From NCBI GenBank assembly GCA_964245235.1, contig CAXTLS010000013.1:564-64563 (forward strand): a stretch of DNA of 64,000 nt, given 5' to 3'. Position numbers and translations under genes: made by a program. The DNA comes from an uncultured Acidobacteriaceae bacterium. Its GTDB lineage: Bacteria > Acidobacteriota > Terriglobia > Terriglobales > Acidobacteriaceae. Below the pieces are notes generated by a model, which was not told the origin of the DNA, did no database searches, and saw nothing but the letters and a program-made list of their open reading frames with translations. Below, in pieces: positions 17,434 to 25,425 of this stretch (position 1 is the first letter of the stretch; every line of letters begins with the position of its first letter).

Positions 17434-20196
17434 ATGGCGGCAGCACGCACCCTTCACACGGGCGCAGATACGCAACGCGAGCTCTGGCCCGAAGCGGTTG
17501 TTGAGCGCCTGCGATTCGGGCGCGCTCCCTTGCTTGCCGCTGCGCTTTGCTTTGCGACCGGCATTGTGCTGGCCAGGCATTGGCATCCGGCGATTGTTCT
17601 GCTTATAGCGATGATGTTGCTGGTTGCGCTGATATGGCCCGGCTTACGCGGGAGCGCCTGGGCATCGGTGGCGGCTGTCGCAGCGATGTGGATCGCCATC
17701 GGGGTTGCATGCGCCGAGCTCCAGCCGGCATCTGGCGCCCAGCAGGAACTGCTAACTTACGCGGATGGCCTCAGCCGGACGGTGCACGGCCACGTCATCC
17801 GCATCCAGGAACTGCCTGCCGCCGCGCCGGGAAGGGACGTCGACACCGAGGGCCGGGACTGGACGCAGCCCCAGTCTGAAGACCAGCCGGAGGGCCAGCC
17901 AGTTGCACTCTCGCTTGACCTCTCCGTGGATGCGATTGAGCAGGTCACGCCGGACGTCGCCTGGATGGTCCCGGTGGCCGGGGGCGTCCGCGTTACGGTG
18001 ATCGGGCCTGCCGCGGCCTTCGCCTGTGGCGACATTGTTGAAGCTCCGCTGCGCCTGAAGATTCCGGAGCGCTATCGCGATCCTGGCGCATGGCAGTATG
18101 CAGACTACCTACTTGATCAAGGCATCGGTGCACGCGGAAGTGTCAAGGCTGCCCGCCTCAGCCGGCTTGGAATGGACGCGGCTCATTGGAGCACGATGCG
18201 CCTGCGCTGTCGGCTGTACGGGGGGCAGGCCTGGGCCGCCGGTCAGCTAGTCCGCTATGTGCATTCGCGGGCCAACCACACGCTGCCAGCGGTCATGCGG
18301 CTGGGTCCTGATGACGCCGGCATGCTCAATGCGATGCTCTTCGGCGACCGCACCCGGCTGAGCCACACCCTTCGTGTCGGCTTCGAGCGGACCGGCTCCT
18401 TTCATCTCTTTGTGGTCTCGGGGATGCACGTGGGGCTGCTTGCCGCCGGCGTCTTCTGGCTCGCGCGGCGACTGCGTTTGGGCGACCTCAGCGCCACACT
18501 TCTCACCATTACGCTTACGGCTGGGTATGCCTTGCTGACCGGCTTCGGCGCGCCGGTACAGCGTGCGCTAGCCATGGCAACCCTCTTCCTGCTGACGCGG
18601 CTGCTCTCCCGGGATCGCAGCGTCTTGAATGCCCTGGGAGCCGCGGCCCTCGGGGTGCTTGCGTGGTCGCCGCGCAGCCTCTTCGAAGCCAGCTTCCAGA
18701 TGACCTTCCTGGCGATTGTTGCGATCGCCGGCATGGCCATTCCGCTGGGGGAGTGGAGCTTCCTGCCATACGCCCGCGTCGCGCGCAGGATCGATGATCG
18801 CTGGCTCGATGTTGGCATGCCGCCGCGCCTTGCGCAGCTGCGGGTCATGCTGCGAGTCTTTGGCGAGCCCCTCACGCGGATCTTCGGACGCCGTGCCCTG
18901 GGAGTACCGGCGCTCTTCTTCCGTTGGAGTCTCTGGGCGCTCGAGTTGTCGCTGATCGGCGTAGTTGCGGAGATGGTAATGGTGCTTCCCATGGCGCTTT
19001 ACTTCCATCGGGCGACGGTCTTTGCGCTTCCTGCAAACATGCTTAGCATTCCGCTGGTTGCTGTGCTCGCCCCTGCGGCCGTCTTCACCTTCCTTACATC
19101 GCTTGTGAGCCCTTGGCTTGCGGCAATTCCAGGAGCCGGTACGGCGCTGTTGCTGCACGGCATCGTCGGCCTGATTGGACGCATCAGCCGGGCCCACACG
19201 GCCGATCTGCGGACGCCCGGTCCAGGGCTATGGGTGGCACTCTGCGTGACCGGCTGCTGGGCGTTTTGTTGCTGGGCCGTACGCCGGTCGCGCCGCTGGG
19301 CTGCAGTCGCTACCTTCATCCTTCCATTGGCCGCTGCAGTCGTGCTCTGGCCCGAGCCCCCGGTCGTTTCGCCAGGCCTGCTCGAGGTGACGGCCATCGA
19401 TGTCGGACAAGGGGACTCGTTGCTGATCGTATCGCCTACTGGCCAGAGTATGTTGATGGACGCCGGCGGACCGATTGGCGCGATCAAGGAATCAGCTGAC
19501 GCCACCAGCCGCTTCGACGTGGGTGAAGAGGTCGTCTCGCCTTACCTGTGGTCGCGCCGCATTCGGCGGCTCGACGTACTGGCGCTCAGCCATGCGCACA
19601 GCGATCATATGGGTGGGATGGCGGCGGTGATGCGCAATTTTCGCCCGCGGGAGCTGTGGGTCTCGATTGATCCTTCCTCAACTGCGTACAGCGCGCTCCT
19701 GCTTGAGGCGAAGGATCTCGGGGTCGTGGTGCGCCACGTGCATGCGGGCGATAATTTCGGGTGGGCGGGAGTGGATGCGGAAGTTCTCGCGCCCGCGAGT
19801 TCGTATACGAACGTTCGCGCCCCGACCAATGACGACTCGCTGGTGCTGCGACTGCAGTATAGGCAGGCGTCCGTGCTGCTGGCAGGTGATGCCGAGGCGG
19901 CAAGTGAGCGCGCCATGCTGAGGGCAGGGCTGGTTCATCCGGTCACGCTGTTGAAGGTCGGGCATCACGGCAGCCGCACTTCAACCAGCGCTGCTTTTCT
20001 GGCTGATCTGACGCCGCGAGACGCGATCATCTCGGTTGGCCGGAATAATACATTCGGCCATCCCCGACCGGAAATCATCGCTCGTTTTGCGGAGGCAGGA
20101 ACCCACCTCTACCGGACAGATGAGTTCGGGTTGATAACGTTCCTGCTTGGACCGGACGGTCAGATCAAGGAGGTCATCGGGGCGGCCGATCACTAA
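17434..20196 (+). CDS. comEC: ComEC/Rec2 DNA uptake channel with a C-terminal metallo-beta-lactamase domain
   Basis: HLFVVSGMH, SFQMTF, DVGQGDS, SHAHSDH, KVGHHGS, FGHP; many transmembrane segments. Confidence 0.93.
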   Translation: MAAARTLHTGADTQRELWPEAVVERLRFGRAPLLAAALCFATGIVLARHWHPAIVLLIAMMLLVALIWPGLRGSAWASVAAVAAMWIAIGVACAELQPASGAQQELLTYADGLSRTVHGHVIRIQELPAAAPGRDVDTEGRDWTQPQSEDQPEGQPVALSLDLSVDAIEQVTPDVAWMVPVAGGVRVTVIGPAAAFACGDIVEAPLRLKIPERYRDPGAWQYADYLLDQGIGARGSVKAARLSRLGMDAAHWSTMRLRCRLYGGQAWAAGQLVRYVHSRANHTLPAVMRLGPDDAGMLNAMLFGDRTRLSHTLRVGFERTGSFHLFVVSGMHVGLLAAGVFWLARRLRLGDLSATLLTITLTAGYALLTGFGAPVQRALAMATLFLLTRLLSRDRSVLNALGAAALGVLAWSPRSLFEASFQMTFLAIVAIAGMAIPLGEWSFLPYARVARRIDDRWLDVGMPPRLAQLRVMLRVFGEPLTRIFGRRALGVPALFFRWSLWALELSLIGVVAEMVMVLPMALYFHRATVFALPANMLSIPLVAVLAPAAVFTFLTSLVSPWLAAIPGAGTALLLHGIVGLIGRISRAHTADLRTPGPGLWVALCVTGCWAFCCWAVRRSRRWAAVATFILPLAAAVVLWPEPPVVSPGLLEVTAIDVGQGDSLLIVSPTGQSMLMDAGGPIGAIKESADATSRFDVGEEVVSPYLWSRRIRRLDVLALSHAHSDHMGGMAAVMRNFRPRELWVSIDPSSTAYSALLLEAKDLGVVVRHVHAGDNFGWAGVDAEVLAPASSYTNVRAPTNDDSLVLRLQYRQASVLLAGDAEAASERAMLRAGLVHPVTLLKVGHHGSRTSTSAAFLADLTPRDAIISVGRNNTFGHPRPEIIARFAEAGTHLYRTDEFGLITFLLGPDGQIKEVIGAADH

Positions 20197-20202
20197 CAGA
20201 AA

Positions 20203-20228
20203 GGGTAGATGGCGTTGGCCACCTACCC
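20203..20228. terminator. Hairpin between convergent comEC and hypothetical
   Basis: GGGTAGATGGC-GTTG-GCCACCTACCC. Confidence 0.5.
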
Positions 20229-20252
20229 CGTGTCAAACCTTTTGATTGAAGC

Positions 20253-20570
20253 TTACGCGGCGTCTGAAAGCGCCTCGCCGAGTTCCTGGATGTGCTTCGC
20301 CGTTGCGCCCTCTGCCTGACCTGCAACGGCAACGGTGTCCTTGCCCATCTTTTGGAGCAACGTCTTGATGGTCTCGCCGTCAAGTTCCTTCGCATGCAGC
20401 AGCTTCTTGAGCTTGCCAAGGTCGGCGACAACCTTCTTCACACCTTCCTGGTCGTGCTTGGAGAGGTACTCTTCCCACCCTTCGATATTGGTGATCGCCT
20501 TGTCTACCGTGAAGGCCTTCGCGCCCTGCTTGAGCGCATTCAACGTGGTCGTGAAACGTGTGGTCGGCAT
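20253..20570 (-). CDS. Small all-helical hypothetical protein
   Basis: AGGAG RBS; Lys/Glu-rich 105-aa ORF. Confidence 0.8.
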   Translation of the reverse strand: MPTTRFTTTLNALKQGAKAFTVDKAITNIEGWEEYLSKHDQEGVKKVVADLGKLKKLLHAKELDGETIKTLLQKMGKDTVAVAGQAEGATAKHIQELGEALSDAA

Positions 20571-20727
20571 ACTCGAATCTCCTGATCAAACCGTGACAGG
20601 AACACCGTTCAGTCCTGTTCATCCGGTACGATGCCGTGGTATTCAGGACGATACGTAGATGCTTAACCCATGCTGTAGCGAGATGCACAAAGGACGGGCG
20701 GTTATCGAGGAGACGGAAAGCTGGTTG

Positions 20728-21363
20728 CTACTTGCCGAGGCCGAAGGGCAGGTGAAAAACAATTCCGGTACTGATCGATCCTACGGGATAGGTATGCGAG
20801 TTGCCCTCGATCGCTCCATAGCCAAGCTCGACGACGCGGAAATCGAGCACCGGCAAGATCGTGATATCAAGGCCGGCGAAGGCGTCGTACTCAAAGTTGG
20901 TTGTGTACTGGACTCCGTTCTGGTTCGAAATCCCTGAGGATGTAAGGGAATTGTTGTACTGGGTCCCGAAGTTTGTCTGGGCCGCACCCAACATTCCCTC
21001 GACGTAGGGCTTCAAGGGAAGGAATGGTGTGTGGAAGGTTGCGCGGACGCCGGCGAGACCGGAGCCGATGTGACCTCCGCCCCCGTTGTAAGCGGTGTAC
21101 GCGCCCTGCTTGCTATTGACAATGGTTCCCCGCGCGTCGATACCAAGTCGGACCGGGCCGACATTGCGGAAGTCGTAGAAGACGCCGCCGGTGCCGCCGA
21201 CCGGATCGAAGCTGCCGTTGGTGTAGTTCGTGGTCCCCTGCGTGTAGGGGATGTCCGTCATGCGGCGGACAGCTACGGTGCCGTAGACGGCGAGTTGCGC
21301 GTGCGCAAGGGGAGCGGTAAGCCATACAGAGGTGAGGGCGAGGAGGAGTTTCGAAATGTTCAT
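20728..21363 (-). CDS. Outer-membrane beta-barrel-type protein
   Basis: Signal peptide MNISKLLLALTSVWLTAPLAHAQ and alternating beta-strand pattern. The real start is ATG 21363; the upstream extension in the ORF track is antisense to 21490-21771. Confidence 0.8.
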   Translation of the reverse strand: MNISKLLLALTSVWLTAPLAHAQLAVYGTVAVRRMTDIPYTQGTTNYTNGSFDPVGGTGGVFYDFRNVGPVRLGIDARGTIVNSKQGAYTAYNGGGGHIGSGLAGVRATFHTPFLPLKPYVEGMLGAAQTNFGTQYNNSLTSSGISNQNGVQYTTNFEYDAFAGLDITILPVLDFRVVELGYGAIEGNSHTYPVGSISTGIVFHLPFGLGK

Positions 21364-21489
21364 CTGACGAGATTTTACCTTCTTGGCTCCATCGTGGGAG
21401 AGGCTGACCTGTTTTAGAAGAGGTTCGCCTAGCAGCAACAGGATTCCTCTCCTTACCCCACAGCGTTTATTCTGGAGCAGGGATAGATC

Positions 21490-21771
21490 ATGGAGCCAGA
21501 ACCGACAGATAAGGCACCGGACGTTATCACGACGACCGCCGAGGAGCAGGCCGAGGAGCAAAGACTTCTTCGCCGGCTTCAGATGATGATGAACATGGTG
21601 ATCCAGGTAATTACGCAGGACCGGACGCTGACCATTGAGGAGGCCGCGCAGATGATCGGGGACAGCCGCAAGGCCGCGCTCGCGATGTTTCCCGGCAAGG
21701 AGCTCGCCTTCGACCTGATCTGGAAGCCGCGCTTCCAGCGCCTGATGCGCGAGCGCTTCCACATTCAATAG
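21490..21771 (+). CDS. Hypothetical protein (93 aa)
   Basis: Good GC3-biased coding pattern; motif FPGKE.AFDLI.KPRF.R. Confidence 0.8.
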   Translation: MEPEPTDKAPDVITTTAEEQAEEQRLLRRLQMMMNMVIQVITQDRTLTIEEAAQMIGDSRKAALAMFPGKELAFDLIWKPRFQRLMRERFHIQ

Positions 21772-21806
21772 CGTTCCAGACCAGTTCTGGTTTGATACGC
21801 TGGGCC

Positions 21807-22316
21807 ATGCAGATCCGGCAAGCGAACCTTGACGATATTCCGGTCATTCTCAGGCTGATCGCCGCGGTGATCCCGGCCATGCGCTCCGCCGGCAACTTCC
21901 AGTGGAGTGACCACTATCCAGGAACCGACGCCTTTACGAGGGACGTTGAGCTAGGGCAGCTTTGGATCGCGGAGTTGGACTGCGTGCTCGCCGGGGTGGC
22001 CGCAATCACGACGGAGCAGGAACCAGACTACGCGCAGGTAGGCTGGGATCTCGATGAGCCGGCCATCGTTGTCCATCGGTTGGCCGTTGACCCGGTCGTG
22101 CGGGGCAAGGGCGTTGCAGCTTCCCTGATGCAGCAGGCTGAGGCGGTCGCGAGGACGCTCGGTATAGCGGTTCTGCACGTCGATACCAGCACGGAGAATG
22201 AAGCAACGCAGCGGCTCTTCCCCAAGCTGGGCTATACGCTTGCCGGGGAGATCAGCCTGCGGGACCATCGCGGCCTGCGGGTGCTCTGCTATGAGAAGCG
22301 CCTCGGTATCCGCTGA
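21807..22316 (+). CDS. GNAT family N-acetyltransferase
   Basis: HRLAVDP..RGKGVA acetyl-CoA motif; QW..YP; N...QRLFPKLGY. Confidence 0.9.
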   Translation: MQIRQANLDDIPVILRLIAAVIPAMRSAGNFQWSDHYPGTDAFTRDVELGQLWIAELDCVLAGVAAITTEQEPDYAQVGWDLDEPAIVVHRLAVDPVVRGKGVAASLMQQAEAVARTLGIAVLHVDTSTENEATQRLFPKLGYTLAGEISLRDHRGLRVLCYEKRLGIR

Positions 22317-22325
22317 CGAGGAAGC

Positions 22326-23525
22326 CTACTGCGTGGCTGCCTGCCTGCTGCCCTTCGGCGGTACGGCAACCATCACGCCGCTCATGTCGCTCTCGACGAT
22401 CAGCGACTGCTTCTGCGTGCCGTACTCGCGAACCGTCGTCTCCTTCGTATCAGAGGGAGGGAAGGAGCCGGGTGGATTCGGGATCTCTACCCTAGTGACG
22501 TCTTTCACCTCGGACACAGCGAGGGTATAGGTTCCTTCCGGCACAAAGTCGAAGTGGAACATGGCGTCGTCCTTGTCTACGTTGGTCGAGACAAGCTGCG
22601 TGCCGTCGTCGTAGGTCAGCACAGCTTTCCCGGCGTTAACGATGTGGCCGCTCCGTAACTCCGTAATCGTTCCGGTTACGGTATGGAGCTTGCTGACTGG
22701 AATGGTAAGGTCAGCGCCATCGTGCTGCTCGCCTTCTGTAATCTTCACGGACTTGGCCTTGCTTTGCTGGGGTGTATCCCCTGAGTAGAATTCGAGCGAG
22801 TATCGGGTGTTCGAAGAGGAGCTGCGGGAGCCGTCGATCACGGTGCTGACATACATATCGGTAAGCGAGAGGCTGACCCGCAGCAGGTATTCTCCTGGTG
22901 GAAGGCCGGTAATGCGGTAGTGGCCCTGGTCGTCGGTCGAGCTTCCTTCGTGGCGCGAGACCCAACTATCCTTCTTATCCTTTGTCTCCTTGGCCAACAC
23001 GGTCACATACGTTGAGGCGACCGCTGTGCCGTCGTCGTAGCGGACCACGCCCGTCACCGCCGCGCCGCGATCGAGCCGCGTTTCAAGATTCGTGGTGTGG
23101 CTTGCTTCCACCGTCACCGTGGGCACGACCTTCATCACCTCCGCCAGGATCTCGGGCGTGGGCTGCGACAGTTCGGCCCGCGTGAACTCCGTGATGGGGG
23201 AGAGGTATCCCGCCATCTGGATGACGACGTAGTAGGTTCCCGGCCGCACCTTTGGGATGACAAAGCTGCCATCGAGCGAGGTCTGGTAGGTACGCAGGAC
23301 CTCGGTCGGCGGTGCCTTCGCCCCAGGTACGGGATCACCGGGAACATCAATCGACTGCAACGTCACGGACGCAATGCGGGCCGGGAGGTTCGTATCGCTG
23401 CAGGAGATGTGCCCAGCGACAGCTCCGGTCAGCACTGCAGGCTGTCGAGCGACGACGGGCTGCTGGGTCCGGGCAGATGCCCCAGGCACACTGATCGCAA
23501 CGAGAAGGCAGGCTGCAAGGCGCAT
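22326..23525 (-). CDS. Secreted protein with carboxypeptidase-regulatory-like (prealbumin-fold) repeats
   Basis: Signal peptide; TDDQGHYRITGLPPGEY and VPEGTYTL repeats. Confidence 0.8.
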   Translation of the reverse strand: MRLAACLLVAISVPGASARTQQPVVARQPAVLTGAVAGHISCSDTNLPARIASVTLQSIDVPGDPVPGAKAPPTEVLRTYQTSLDGSFVIPKVRPGTYYVVIQMAGYLSPITEFTRAELSQPTPEILAEVMKVVPTVTVEASHTTNLETRLDRGAAVTGVVRYDDGTAVASTYVTVLAKETKDKKDSWVSRHEGSSTDDQGHYRITGLPPGEYLLRVSLSLTDMYVSTVIDGSRSSSSNTRYSLEFYSGDTPQQSKAKSVKITEGEQHDGADLTIPVSKLHTVTGTITELRSGHIVNAGKAVLTYDDGTQLVSTNVDKDDAMFHFDFVPEGTYTLAVSEVKDVTRVEIPNPPGSFPPSDTKETTVREYGTQKQSLIVESDMSGVMVAVPPKGSRQAATQ

Positions 23526-23662
23526 CGAAAATAGCTCCTCTGTTCGCGACGGTAGTGTAGCAGCCGACAACCTCCGTCAACTCGGCAGCAGCTGTTCCCG
23601 CCCCGCCTGTATCGTCTAGCTTGTAGCGTCTCTAAAGAGCAGCATCAACCCAGGGAGGACGA

Positions 23663-23908
23663 TTGCCGTACATCTTCATCGACAAGATTCTGAACGAACT
23701 GCGCGACGATCTGATCGCGGCCATGCACGCGGCGGTGGAACGCGAGATGCATGGTGGCCGTGTGGACGTCGCCAAGCTTTATCGCTCGTTCAACCGTGCC
23801 GCCAGCGGTAAGGTGGCGAACCCGGTATGGGTGTCGGAGAAGTGCGTCTCCGAGGCCGGCGGGGGTGGGACACGGAAGAGCCGGCGGGGCATGGGTCAGG
23901 ACGAATAA
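23663..23908 (+). CDS. Small hypothetical protein
   Basis: GGGAGGA RBS before a TTG start; 81 aa. Confidence 0.65.
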   Translation: MPYIFIDKILNELRDDLIAAMHAAVEREMHGGRVDVAKLYRSFNRAASGKVANPVWVSEKCVSEAGGGGTRKSRRGMGQDE

Positions 23909-23958
23909 GGACCTCCCTTCATAAGAGACGCAGCAATAACGATGTATGCTTCTCTCCT

Positions 23959-25371
23959 ATGACTGTCCCGCTCACATCTGCAGAACGCTTTGCCCTGGGG
24001 CGTCATAAACGCAAGCAGCTTCCGCGAGCCGGCCACGCCAGCTGGGATCTGGCAGCGCGCAAAGAGGATGCTCGCAAGATCCTCGATGTCGCCGAGAAGG
24101 GCCGCATCCCCGCCCTCATCGAATACAAGCACAAGCTGATGGCCTGCTCGCCCTTCGGCTACTTTCGCGGTGCAGTGCCTGTCATCGCGTATGACCTTTC
24201 GCTGGTCCCAAACACCGGCCTATACACGCAACTATGCGGCGATGCCCACGTGCGCAACCTGGGTGCGTTCGCCGGTCCTGACGGGCGGCTAGTCTTTGAC
24301 ATCAACGACTTCGACGAGACCATCACGGGCCCCTTTGAATGGGATGTGAAACGCATGGCCACCAGCCTTATTCTTGCCGGGCGCGAGGCCGGCGGCAAGG
24401 ATGCCCACTGTCGCGAGGCCGCCGGCAGCTTCGCCAATCAGTACGTCGGCATGATGCACGCGTTCTGGAAGATGCCCGTGCTCGACGTGGCGAAGTACCA
24501 GGTTCATCGGCTGCAGAACGTTGCGCTGATCGAGCAGATCCTTCAACTGGCCGGGCGCTCTACGCCGATGAGCAGCCTGAACAGCCTGACCGAGGAGCTC
24601 CCGGCAGCGAAGAAGACCACGAAGAAGCAGCCATCCCCCGCTGGCACAGCGAAGAAGGCCCGTGGGCATCTGCTTGCAGGCACCCAGCAGACCGTGCTTG
24701 ACCCGGCACCTGGCGGGACCGCAACCGGCAGGATCTTCCGCACAGAAAGGCCACAGCTTGAACGCATGACCGGCACCCCCGCCCAGCATGTGATCAATTC
24801 GCTTGTGCCGTATATCGACACTCTGCAGGTGGAGCGGCAGCGTTTCCTTTCCCAGTATCGCGTCGTAGATGTCGCCTTCAAGGTGGTTGGGACCGGCTCG
24901 GTCGGGCTGCGCGATTTCTGCATTTACATGGAGGGGAACGGGCCGAAGGACCCGCTGTTCCTGCAGATCAAGGAAGAGGTGCACTCCGCGTATGCGCCTT
25001 ACCTGACCAGCCCAACCCCTGCCCACCAGGGCCAGCGTGTGGTGGACGGCGAGCGAGCCATGCAGATCCAATCCGATCCGTTCCTTGGCTGGACCACCAT
25101 CGAAGGTCGTGACTACCTTGTTCGCCAGTTGAACGACCACAAGGCGTCGATCAACCTTGCCGATCTTAAGGCGACTGGCCTGATGGAGTACGCCGCGGTC
25201 TGCGGTGAGATGCTTGCCCGCGGTCATGCTCGGGGTGGGGACTGCGCCGTCCTGGCGGGATACATCGGCGGCTCGGATCGCTTTGAGGATGCTATTGTCG
25301 ACTTCGCCATGGCTTACGCCGACCAGACCGAGAAGGACTGGAAGGCACTCGTCAAATCCACGAAGAAGTAG
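23959..25371 (+). CDS. DUF2252 family protein (kinase-like fold)
   Basis: CGDAHVRNLG, FDINDFDE, KVVGTGSVG, LFLQIKE, LARGHARGGD. Confidence 0.9.
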   Translation: MTVPLTSAERFALGRHKRKQLPRAGHASWDLAARKEDARKILDVAEKGRIPALIEYKHKLMACSPFGYFRGAVPVIAYDLSLVPNTGLYTQLCGDAHVRNLGAFAGPDGRLVFDINDFDETITGPFEWDVKRMATSLILAGREAGGKDAHCREAAGSFANQYVGMMHAFWKMPVLDVAKYQVHRLQNVALIEQILQLAGRSTPMSSLNSLTEELPAAKKTTKKQPSPAGTAKKARGHLLAGTQQTVLDPAPGGTATGRIFRTERPQLERMTGTPAQHVINSLVPYIDTLQVERQRFLSQYRVVDVAFKVVGTGSVGLRDFCIYMEGNGPKDPLFLQIKEEVHSAYAPYLTSPTPAHQGQRVVDGERAMQIQSDPFLGWTTIEGRDYLVRQLNDHKASINLADLKATGLMEYAAVCGEMLARGHARGGDCAVLAGYIGGSDRFEDAIVDFAMAYADQTEKDWKALVKSTKK

Positions 25372-25425
25372 AGTCTCGCGTTCATCTCGCATGAGTATGC
25401 GGGTCCTTCAGCCTCTGCTCTACTT

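Noticed and set aside
21364-21768. N-terminal 135 aa of the 346-aa ORF 20728-21768
   Set aside because: Antisense to the credible gene at 21490-21771; the signal peptide begins at ATG 21363.
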